Source: Candidatus Latescibacterota bacterium (GTDB lineage Bacteria; Latescibacterota; UBA2968). From it: a DNA stretch of 64,000 nt. The notes below the pieces were generated by a model. It worked only from the letters and a program-made list of their open reading frames with translations, made no database searches and was not told the origin of the DNA. Where the stretch lies: positions 1,312,001 to 1,376,000 of the forward strand of contig OZ242320.1 in NCBI GenBank assembly GCA_965208125.1, read 5' to 3'. A program made the position numbers and the translations under genes. This document shows, one piece after another, positions 41,115 through 49,634 of the stretch. The first letter of the stretch is position 1, and each line of letters begins with the position of its first letter.

Positions 41115-41496
41115 AATCTCCCATCTGTTCTGCATCCTCCTCTGCATCTCTATCATGGGATGTGCCTCACATCCTCGCTATCGCGGCAAACCCATATCCT
41201 ACCAGATTGGCTATGCGTCCTACTACGCACACAAATTTCACGGACGGCCAACAGCCAGCGGTGAAATCTACGACATGAACGGCCTATCCGCCGCACACCG
41301 CGAATTGCCCCTCGGCACAGTGATTCGCGTTACCCACCTGAAAAATGGCAAATCCATTATTATTCCAGTGAACGACCGCGGGCCTTTTGTCAAAGGTCGC
41401 ATTCTCGACCTCTCCCTCGGTGCAGCCAAAAAACTCGACATGGTCGCTGAAGGCGTTGCCAGAGTCAAGATAGAAATCGTCAAATCCGTCAATTAA
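41101..41496 (+). CDS. rlpA: Septal ring lytic transglycosylase RlpA family lipoprotein (start uncertain)
   Basis: Lipobox IMGC, GYASYY ... GRPTASGE, AAHRELPLG and VNDRGPF motifs. Confidence 0.85.
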   Translation: MRRIKISHLFCILLCISIMGCASHPRYRGKPISYQIGYASYYAHKFHGRPTASGEIYDMNGLSAAHRELPLGTVIRVTHLKNGKSIIIPVNDRGPFVKGRILDLSLGAAKKLDMVAEGVARVKIEIVKSVN

Positions 41497-42524
41497 CCCC
41501 TCCTCCCTTCCCCATCCCAATACTCATACATATCCGCGATCACATCATCAATCGGCGCGCGGTGTGTTTCCACATCGCGAATAGTCGTTTGCTCTGCCGC
41601 TTCATCGAGCAATGTGGGTATCGATATTTGCGCCGCATCAAACGTAAAGTGATGGCGATTGCCCTCGCTCTCGACAAACTGAACGCCTGAAAGTTGCGGT
41701 GGAGACGTATCGGCAGTCTCAATAATAAGATGCCTGCGGTCGCCAAATTGACCGCGCAATTCTCGAAAATCCCCATCAAACGCGATATTGCCCTTATCGA
41801 TCATCACAATGCGCCCCGCGAGCTGCTCCAGTTCATCCATATCGTGGCTCGTGATCATAACCGTAACGCCCTTTTCCCGATTGAGACTCTTGATAAACTC
41901 CAGCATATTGCGTTTGGCAAGCACATCAACCCCAATGGTAGGCTCGTCTAAAAAGAGAATCTCAGGCTCGTGCATAAGCATAAGCGCCAGATCCACCCGC
42001 ATCTTTTGCCCCAAACTGAGCTGACGCGCGAGACTATTGAAAAACTCGTCAATCCCGAGAAGCTCCTTAACAAAATCGAGCATAGCGTTATACCGATCCC
42101 GGGAAATATTCCAGACCACCCGCTTCCACTCAAAACTCGCCGCAACGGGCTGATCCCACCAAAGTTCTGTCCGCTGACCAAAAACCACGCCAATGCGCTT
42201 CACATAACGAACGCGATCCTTCAGAGGATCCATACCCAGACAGCGAACCGTCCCAGAAGTAGGTGCAAGAACACTGGAAAGCAGCTTAACAGTCGTGGAT
42301 TTTCCCGCGCCATTCGGACCCGCATACGCCACAATCTCGCCGCGGCGAATCTCGAGATTCACCTTCTGCAACGCGCGAATCTCCCGGACATTGGGCCGAA
42401 ACAAATTCTTAAAAACATCCCGAACCTTCTCCGACCGCTGGCGCTGGTAAAAAATCTTATCGACCTCGGTAAGCTCAACCGCGATGTCCAAATCCGAGGT
42501 AGCGCTGTGATCCGGTCTGTTCAT
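41493..42524 (-). CDS. ABC transporter ATP-binding protein
   Basis: GPNGAGKST, LSLGQK and FLDEPT motifs. Confidence 0.92.
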   Translation of the reverse strand: MNRPDHSATSDLDIAVELTEVDKIFYQRQRSEKVRDVFKNLFRPNVREIRALQKVNLEIRRGEIVAYAGPNGAGKSTTVKLLSSVLAPTSGTVRCLGMDPLKDRVRYVKRIGVVFGQRTELWWDQPVAASFEWKRVVWNISRDRYNAMLDFVKELLGIDEFFNSLARQLSLGQKMRVDLALMLMHEPEILFLDEPTIGVDVLAKRNMLEFIKSLNREKGVTVMITSHDMDELEQLAGRIVMIDKGNIAFDGDFRELRGQFGDRRHLIIETADTSPPQLSGVQFVESEGNRHHFTFDAAQISIPTLLDEAAEQTTIRDVETHRAPIDDVIADMYEYWDGEGRRG

Positions 42525-43317
42525 AGTGCTGCATTCCTTTTTTAAATAAAATCCATGCCATGAGGGACAAAACCACCGCCACAAGCGGCGTATGCCACAG
42601 GCTCGGTGGCGCAATACCCAGCAACTGGCGGCAGGGATACCACGCGACAAAGCCCACGGGCAAAACAGTAAGCATACTGACAAGCACATAGCTGCTCAGC
42701 CCATCCAGAGGAAAAGACTTGAGCTGAAACATAAAATTGACCGCGCGGCTGCTAATTTCCTCCGCAGCAACCGGTGCCCAAAACGCCAGACTCCCCCACG
42801 CAAAAGAAAAAGCCAGCACAATCGCGCAGGAAGACGCGAGATTGCAAAAAAACATAAACCACCAGTACAGAGGAAACACCGCATCGAGCTGAAAAATAGC
42901 CCATGTCCAGATACCAATCCCCGTGAACAAAGACCACGACCCGGAAAACGGCATAAAACCCTCGGTCAACAACCCCATCCACACCGGCTGGGGTTGCACC
43001 AGCGTATGATCCATCTGACCGCGCCCAATGCGGCGGCTGATATGCAGAACATTATAGCTAAACCCCATATCTAAAAACCCGCGAACAAGCGCGGCATAAC
43101 CCAGCATAAAAACAATCTGATCGCGCGACCACAGGCCAATACCTTCAAACCGCTCCGCCAGCAGAAAAACCGCTGTAACACCCGCGAGATTGAGAATAAT
43201 ATCAGAGACGATATTAATGAAAAAAAATCGAAAATCCCGCGTCATCCACATAAAATCCAGATAAGCCTGCACCTGCCAGCGGGCGATAAGTGTTCTCAAA
43301 GTCTTCAGGATATTCAC
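42475..43317 (-). CDS. ABC-2 family permease (DUF990-type)
   Basis: Multiple TM segments, IGRGQMDHTLVQP motif; GTG start overlapping the upstream stop. Confidence 0.82.
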   Translation of the reverse strand: MNILKTLRTLIARWQVQAYLDFMWMTRDFRFFFINIVSDIILNLAGVTAVFLLAERFEGIGLWSRDQIVFMLGYAALVRGFLDMGFSYNVLHISRRIGRGQMDHTLVQPQPVWMGLLTEGFMPFSGSWSLFTGIGIWTWAIFQLDAVFPLYWWFMFFCNLASSCAIVLAFSFAWGSLAFWAPVAAEEISSRAVNFMFQLKSFPLDGLSSYVLVSMLTVLPVGFVAWYPCRQLLGIAPPSLWHTPLVAVVLSLMAWILFKKGMQHYEQTGSQRYLGFGHRG

Positions 43318-44183
43318 CCCCCATGCGAAACCAGACGTTCGCGATTGGCATTCCAGAGCCAATGCGCGACGGGCCAGAGCACAACAGCCCAGAAAGCTTG
43401 AAGGCCCATGAGAAAAACGGGATCCCCCGTACCGGTATAAATGCGCAGCGGCGCGGAAGCCAGCGAAGCAAAAGGCAAAAAAGTCAGAACATCCCCAATC
43501 CCCCATGGCATCAGCGCAAGAGGAATAATTGCGCCCGACAACAAAACACTAACTGCATCTCGAATCTGCGTCAAAGCATAGACATGTTGCTCCAGCAAAA
43601 CCATAAAACTCGCAAAAATGAAATCAAACGCCGCGCCGATGGCAATACCCAAAATCAAACTGCACAAAAACAAAACACCGGCAAACGCGCTCTCCGGCAA
43701 TGGATCGACCCCCAGAAGGGGCGCCAGACAAAAAAGCGGCACAGAAAACAAAATGAGATTGGGCAAACCCGAACCAAACATCTCCGCAATAAACTGACCG
43801 TAAATACCCACTGGGCGCAAAAAGCGATTGGCAATATCCCCGCGCCAGAGCGCCCCATCCAGACCTGTACGCACAGAAATCTGCCCGGCAAAAACCTCGG
43901 CAATCAGAGTATAAGTAAGCACGGCATTGCGCGTCATACCAGAAACCTCCCCAGTCTCGGGCAACAACATCCGCCACAGAGAAAGCAGGAACACCACGCG
44001 CAACAGGCGCAAAACAGAGCCACCGAGAAGAACCCACCCCTTGTCATCCAGGGATCGGGTGGCAACCATGATAATGGTCTTGAGATGTTTATGGGTTGTA
44101 ACGAACATAAATTCATCAACAATGAAAAAACACTGGATCGCGGCTTTAAGCATGCCGCGATGACGATGGTCCTCACTTCTCAC
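43314..44183 (-). CDS. ABC-2 family permease (DUF990-type); start uncertain (44183 or 44108)
   Basis: GDIANRFLRP and LLSGAIIPLALMP motifs, TM segments. Confidence 0.82.
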   Translation of the reverse strand: MRSEDHRHRGMLKAAIQCFFIVDEFMFVTTHKHLKTIIMVATRSLDDKGWVLLGGSVLRLLRVVFLLSLWRMLLPETGEVSGMTRNAVLTYTLIAEVFAGQISVRTGLDGALWRGDIANRFLRPVGIYGQFIAEMFGSGLPNLILFSVPLFCLAPLLGVDPLPESAFAGVLFLCSLILGIAIGAAFDFIFASFMVLLEQHVYALTQIRDAVSVLLSGAIIPLALMPWGIGDVLTFLPFASLASAPLRIYTGTGDPVFLMGLQAFWAVVLWPVAHWLWNANRERLVSHGG

Positions 44184-45564
44184 TTCTCACTTCCCCAAAA
44201 ATCCGATCCACGGTATCCACCGCCTGCACAATACAATCGGGAATCGCCGACCCGCGATACGCACTCCCCGTCAAAAACAACCCGCCCACCTGCGCGGCGA
44301 GACGCTCCATTTCGGCCACGCGCTCCAGATGCCCCACATCGAACTGGGGGCGCCCTCTTCTCCAGCGAAAAACGCGTGCAAACAGAGGATCAGCCGTCAC
44401 CCCCATCAAATCCTCCAATTCCTCGCGCGACAGTGCAATCAGCGCCTCATCATCCAGATCCACCAGATCTTCCTGTCCTGTCCCCCCCACAAATGTACGC
44501 ACCAGAACCCCATCGTCCGGCGCGCGAAAATTCAGCTTTGTCGAAACCCATGTACACGCCGTAATCCGGCGCCCCTCGTGTTTTGGCGACAAAAAACCAA
44601 ACCCCTCAAAATCGTGTTGTCCCTCAACATCTCTCTTCCGATACGCCAGCGAAACCGTCGCCGTTGAAACATAGCGAATACCGCCCAACAAAAGACTCAA
44701 ATCCGGCGCAAAATCAGCCACCAGATCAGCAGACACATAAGCCGGCGTCGCCATCACCACGGCATCTGTCTCGATCACCTCCTCCCCTGCAACCACCTCA
44801 AATCCCCCACCCACCTTTCTAACAGACCCAACCGCAACACCCCGGCGCACATCCCCATCCAAACCCGCGACCAGAGCATCGACCAACTCACCCATTCCCC
44901 CAATCAGCGTCTGAAACATCGCAGTTCCCGTAGATGCGCGCGTCTTCCTCATCGCCCGCACCCCCTTAATCAAACTCCCATAGCGCTGCTCCATCGCCAC
45001 ATACATCGGAAACGCACACCGCATACTCAAACGCTCTGCATCCGCACTGTGGATACCCGCCAGCATCGCCCCGCCAATATTCACAGCCTCCCTGCCCAAA
45101 CGCCGCCGAATAAAACTCGCCAGACTCTCATCGTCCTCGTCCCGCCGCCGCGGAACAAACACCTCCAGCCCCATCCTCACCTTCCCAGAAAACGAAAACA
45201 GTGGCGACCTCACAAGAGGCCAGAACCTCGAAGGCACCAGTGAAAAATCCTCCGGAAAAGCCACCAACTTCCCATCCCGCACCAAAAACGTCCGCTGCCG
45301 ATCATTATTCGTCGAAATCAGCCGATCTGCCAACCCCAGATCCCTACACAACTGAATACCCGCGGGCTTTTGCGTCAGCAGCAAATCCGGACCGCCCTCA
45401 ATCAAAAAACCATCCACGGACTCCGTCGCAATCATTCCCCCCCACCGGTCACTGCGCTCCAGCAACACATACTGGACATCGCGCCCTTGTTCTCTCGCTC
45501 TTTCTTCCAAATAAAAAGCGGTCGCAAGACCCGCTATGCCACCGCCAATAATAGTTATATGCAT
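44173..45564 (-). CDS. hemG: HemY-type proto/coproporphyrinogen oxidase
   Basis: IIGGGIAGL FAD-binding motif, EGGPD, GSAYRGSAIPDCI; clustered with hemH and hemE. Confidence 0.92.
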   Translation of the reverse strand: MHITIIGGGIAGLATAFYLEERAREQGRDVQYVLLERSDRWGGMIATESVDGFLIEGGPDLLLTQKPAGIQLCRDLGLADRLISTNNDRQRTFLVRDGKLVAFPEDFSLVPSRFWPLVRSPLFSFSGKVRMGLEVFVPRRRDEDDESLASFIRRRLGREAVNIGGAMLAGIHSADAERLSMRCAFPMYVAMEQRYGSLIKGVRAMRKTRASTGTAMFQTLIGGMGELVDALVAGLDGDVRRGVAVGSVRKVGGGFEVVAGEEVIETDAVVMATPAYVSADLVADFAPDLSLLLGGIRYVSTATVSLAYRKRDVEGQHDFEGFGFLSPKHEGRRITACTWVSTKLNFRAPDDGVLVRTFVGGTGQEDLVDLDDEALIALSREELEDLMGVTADPLFARVFRWRRGRPQFDVGHLERVAEMERLAAQVGGLFLTGSAYRGSAIPDCIVQAVDTVDRIFGEVRSEK

Positions 45565-45576
45565 ATCGCTACCGGC

Positions 45577-45688
45577 GGGCGACCACAGGGGGTCGCCCCT
45601 ACAAAACGGATTAAAATATCACCGTAGGGGACGGCCCCTGTGCCGTCCCGATCTCCTCCAGCGGGCGACCACAGAGGGTCGCCCCTAC
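45577..45688. repeat. GTAG-type REP triplet
   Basis: REP units at 45577-45602, 45624-45649 and 45663-45688. Confidence 0.85.
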
Positions 45689-45720
45689 ACATCTGCGTCC
45701 ATCTGCGAAAAACGCTCAAA

Positions 45721-46671
45721 TTATTCGCGTTTTTTTCTGCGGATCGCCTCTTCCACCGCATCGGCAACCGCCTCGATAAACACGGGATCGCTATTCATCA
45801 TCTCTGTGCGTTCCAGGCGAATCCCGCATCTTTGTGCAATCTCCTGGCAACCGATATCGATATCGTAAAGCACCTCAACGTGATCGCACACAAAACCAAT
45901 AGGCGCAACCAGAACATCGCGATAATTGCCAGAAGCCAGTGCCGGAATCACATCCTCAATCTGCGGACCCAACCACGGTTCGCCCGTATGTGCGGCACTC
46001 TGATATGAAAACATCCAATCCACTGGACCCAATCGATCCACAATCGCCTGTGCATTGCGCTTTAATTCATCGTCATAGGGATCGCCCATCTTCAGCAACC
46101 GGGCCGGCAAACTATGCGCCGAAAAAACCACCTTTGCCTTCCGCCTCACATCCTCTGGAAACTTCTCCAACCCCGCCCGTACCTTTGCCGCCTGCGCCTC
46201 GATCAACCGGGGCTGATCGCACCACGAATTGACATAGACAAACTCAATATCACTCCCCACCTCTTTTAATGCATCTTCAACCTTCTGCTGATAGAGCCAG
46301 ATACTCATCCGCGAATAATGCGGTGCCATCACAATGCCCACGGCCTTTTCAACACCATCCGCCTGCATCTTCGCCACCGCCTCCACAATCCGCGGCTTCC
46401 AGTGACGCATCCCCGTATATGCCTGCACATTTCGCCCGCGCTTCTTCAACACCGCCTCAACATGCCCTGCCTGCTCAAACGTGCGGTCATTCAGCGGCGA
46501 CTTGCCACCGATCTGCGCGTAGCGACTGCGAAATTCCGCAACAAATTCTGGCGACATCGGCCTCCCACCCCGAATATCGCTCAAATAAGCCGCCATATCG
46601 TCCAGCGAATCGGGGCTGCCATAAGCCATTAAAAGCACGCCAATTATTTTCTCATCGCGCCGTATATTCAT
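45721..46671 (-). CDS. hemH: Ferrochelatase (Bacillus CpfC-like)
   Basis: GVLLMAYGSP, FSAHSLP, WLGP and GFVCDHVEVLYDID motifs. Confidence 0.95.
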   Translation of the reverse strand: MNIRRDEKIIGVLLMAYGSPDSLDDMAAYLSDIRGGRPMSPEFVAEFRSRYAQIGGKSPLNDRTFEQAGHVEAVLKKRGRNVQAYTGMRHWKPRIVEAVAKMQADGVEKAVGIVMAPHYSRMSIWLYQQKVEDALKEVGSDIEFVYVNSWCDQPRLIEAQAAKVRAGLEKFPEDVRRKAKVVFSAHSLPARLLKMGDPYDDELKRNAQAIVDRLGPVDWMFSYQSAAHTGEPWLGPQIEDVIPALASGNYRDVLVAPIGFVCDHVEVLYDIDIGCQEIAQRCGIRLERTEMMNSDPVFIEAVADAVEEAIRRKKRE

Positions 46672-47695
46672 GCACAAAATCAACCAATCTCCGCACATTC
46701 TCCACAGGTGTGCGCTGTAAAATCCCATGCCCCAAATTAAAAATATGCCCCGGCTTTCCCCTCACCGAATCCAATATCCGCCTCGTCTGCCGCGTTATCT
46801 CCTCAAAAGGCGCGAACAACACAACGGGATCCAGATTGCCCTGCACACCCACATCATCGCCCAAACGACGCCACGCCACATCTATATCAATGCGCCAATC
46901 AACGCCAATAACATCGCCCCCCGCCTCTTTCAACAACTCGAGAATACCCGCCGTACCCGTACCAAAATGAATAAGCGGCACATCCACCTCTTCTTTCGCA
47001 ATCGCAATCGCCTTCTGCGAATGCGGCAACACGTACTCGCGATAATCAGCCGGACTCAACGCCCCGACCCAGCTATCAAACACCTGCAACACCCCGGCAC
47101 CCGCCCGGGCCTGCGCGATGAGATAATCCCCAATCGCCGTCGCCATCATATCCATCAAACGATGCCATTGCCCTGGCTCGCCGTACATCAACCCCTTGGC
47201 AATCTCGTAATTGCGCGACGAACCACCCTCCATCGCATAACAAACCAGCGTAAAAGGCGCACCTGCAAAACCGATCAACGGAACGCGACCATTGAGTTCT
47301 GCGACAGCCATCCGAATGGCATCACCCGCATAAGGCATAGCCTCTTCGGCGGGTCTCACAGTCAACGCATCGATATCTGCCACCGTGCGAATTGGATTGT
47401 GAATAACCGGACCCTCGCCCTTTACATAATCCAGATCCAAACCCATCGACTCGAGAATCGGCAGCAAATCCTGAAAAATAATCGCAGCATCCACAGGATA
47501 TGCATTCACAGGTTGCATCGTAATCGCCGTAGAGATCTCGGGTGTCTTCACCATATCGAGAAAACTGTAGTGATCGCGATACGTCCAATAAGCCTTCATA
47601 TACCGCCCGGCCTGACGCATAAACCAAACAGGCGTCGCATCTACACACTCGCGACGACACGCCTTTAAAAAACGATCTGAACCCTCACGCATCAT
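46652..47695 (-). CDS. hemE: Uroporphyrinogen decarboxylase
   Basis: PVWFMRQAGRY, GFAGAPFT, QGNLDP and FNLGHG motifs. Confidence 0.97.
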   Translation of the reverse strand: MMREGSDRFLKACRRECVDATPVWFMRQAGRYMKAYWTYRDHYSFLDMVKTPEISTAITMQPVNAYPVDAAIIFQDLLPILESMGLDLDYVKGEGPVIHNPIRTVADIDALTVRPAEEAMPYAGDAIRMAVAELNGRVPLIGFAGAPFTLVCYAMEGGSSRNYEIAKGLMYGEPGQWHRLMDMMATAIGDYLIAQARAGAGVLQVFDSWVGALSPADYREYVLPHSQKAIAIAKEEVDVPLIHFGTGTAGILELLKEAGGDVIGVDWRIDIDVAWRRLGDDVGVQGNLDPVVLFAPFEEITRQTRRILDSVRGKPGHIFNLGHGILQRTPVENVRRLVDFVHEYTAR

Positions 47696-47933
47696 CCATC
47701 CCCTTCAGTACCCGCATCAAATCCTCCAGCGACACTATCTCCTCCTCAGATCTGGCAAGCGATTGTGGCGCAGCATCTTCTCCGGAAGTCCCAAACACAA
47801 ACCACTCAAACTCGCGCAAAAACTTCAGACAATGCCACTCACCTGTACGCGCGTAATCTTCGCTACACAACTCCCGCGGAATCGGGCACCCGTCGTATAA
47901 TCCGCGGGGACATGGTCGGCGTTTTTTTCCCAT
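47685..47933 (-). CDS. Small Cys-containing hypothetical protein
   Basis: 82-aa ORF filling the gap between glnA and hemE, with an RBS-like GAGG and an overlap with the hemE start; four Cys. Confidence 0.5.
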   Translation of the reverse strand: MGKKRRPCPRGLYDGCPIPRELCSEDYARTGEWHCLKFLREFEWFVFGTSGEDAAPQSLARSEEEIVSLEDLMRVLKGMDDA

Positions 47934-47942
47934 CCCTATACC

Positions 47943-49277
47943 TCACAAAATCTTGAGATGTTGATCCAATTCATAACCCGTCACCTGCGCCCTGTAATTG
48001 GCCCATTCGATCTTCTTATTCGCAATAAACTTCTCAAAAATGTGATCGCCCAGGGCATTGCGAAGCAAATCGCTACCCTCGGCCAGATCAATAGCCTGCG
48101 ACAGATCCAGAGGCAGGGTTTTAATCCCCGCACGCTCCCGTTCGGCACTGGACATCTCAGCCACATTTTTTTCCATAGGCGGCGGCACTTCATAGCGCTT
48201 TTCAACGCCCTCCAACCCCGCAGATAGCATAATTGCAAATGCCAGATAGGGATTGCAGGCCGGATCGGGTGACCGGTATTCGATACGCGTAGTACTCTCC
48301 TTATCCAGAGAATAGGCCGGCACGCGCACCAGATCCGAACGATTGACCACCGACCACGTCGTGTACAAAGGCGCTTCATAACCCGGCACCAACCGCTTAT
48401 ACGAATTGACCCACTGATTGGTCACCAGCGTTATCTCACACGCATGTTTGAGCAAGCCCGCGATAAAATACCGCGCCGTATCCGACAGATGGTATTCATC
48501 TTCAGCATCGTAAAACGCGTTATCCTCACCCTTAAACAGCGACATATTCGTGTGCATACCATTGCCATTGACGCCAAAAAGAGGTTTGGGCATAAACGTC
48601 GCCCAAACGCCGTGTTTCACGGCAATCTCCTTCACCACCAAACGGTATGTCATCGCATTATCCGCCATCGTCAGCGCATCGGTATAAAGCAAATCGATCT
48701 CGTGCTGGCTCGGCGCATCCTCGTGATGGCTGGACGCCACCTCAATCCCCATCTTCTCCAGCGTCAACACCGTATCCCGGCGCAAATCACTCGCCACATC
48801 CAGAGACGTCTGATCAAAATACCCACCTTCATCCAAACCTATGAGCGGAACCTCGGGTTTTTCAAAATAGAAAAACTCCATCTCTGGACTCACGTAAAAC
48901 GCAAAACCCATATCGCCCGCGCGTCTCAAATTCTTTTTCAGCACCCAGCGCGGGTCTCCCTGATATGGGTTTCCCCCCGGCTGGAGAATATCGCAAAACA
49001 TACGCGCAACCGTACCGCCTTCTTGCGGGCGAAAAGGCAACACCTGAAAAGTATTGGGATCTGGCATCGCGATCATATCGCTCTCGTCAATACGCGCAAA
49101 ACCCTCTACAGACGACCCATCAAAACCGATCCCCTCTGTCAAAGCGCCATCGAGTTGCTCAACGGGAATGGCGACACTCTTTAGAAAACCCAAAATATCC
49201 GTAAACCAGAGCCTGACAAATTTGACCCCGTGTTCTGACGCGGCATTCAGCACGTATTCGCGGCTTCCTTCGTTCAT
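47943..49277 (-). CDS. glnA: Glutamine synthetase type I
   Basis: FDGSSVEGF, HHEDAPSQHE, FMPKP ... NGNGMH, NSYKRLVPGYEAP and RIEYRSPD motifs. Confidence 0.95.
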   Translation of the reverse strand: MNEGSREYVLNAASEHGVKFVRLWFTDILGFLKSVAIPVEQLDGALTEGIGFDGSSVEGFARIDESDMIAMPDPNTFQVLPFRPQEGGTVARMFCDILQPGGNPYQGDPRWVLKKNLRRAGDMGFAFYVSPEMEFFYFEKPEVPLIGLDEGGYFDQTSLDVASDLRRDTVLTLEKMGIEVASSHHEDAPSQHEIDLLYTDALTMADNAMTYRLVVKEIAVKHGVWATFMPKPLFGVNGNGMHTNMSLFKGEDNAFYDAEDEYHLSDTARYFIAGLLKHACEITLVTNQWVNSYKRLVPGYEAPLYTTWSVVNRSDLVRVPAYSLDKESTTRIEYRSPDPACNPYLAFAIMLSAGLEGVEKRYEVPPPMEKNVAEMSSAERERAGIKTLPLDLSQAIDLAEGSDLLRNALGDHIFEKFIANKKIEWANYRAQVTGYELDQHLKIL

Positions 49278-49309
49278 AGTTTTGACCTGTATTTTGTACG
49301 ACAAGAGCC

Positions 49310-49377
49310 GGGACGGCACAGGGGCCGTCCCCTACGGTAATATTGTGATTTGTAGGGGCGACCCCCTGTGGTCGCCC
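49310..49377. repeat. GTAG-type REP doublet
   Basis: Both REP variants upstream of glnA. Confidence 0.85.
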
Positions 49378-49634
49378 GCTTACCCTGAAACAGCACCGAA
49401 ATAATGTTCAAAACTTACGCTTAGTATATTTCCAGCAGATTTCATAAGTGTTTCGCCAATATTAAAAGCAATGGGATTTATGCATAGAAAATTCATTTGT
49501 TGACCAGGGTATTTTTCCTTATTCTTCCTGCGTTTCGATTACAAACGTTTCTTATTGCTCCATAGTTTTAAAAAGAGCTTCTCAGAAAGAGGACACAGCT
49601 ATAGGGGCTTATTTTTCCAAGAGGGAGGACCATC

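Noticed and set aside
43290-44564. 424-aa plus-strand ORF and similar long antisense ORFs (61937-62785, 46727-47668, 31394-32251)
   Set aside because: Shadow frames of well-supported opposite-strand genes, favoured by skewed codon usage, with no recognisable motifs.
45577-45688. CRISPR array
   Set aside because: Units alternate in orientation and sequence, spacers are short, copies are dispersed and there are no cas genes; these are REPs.
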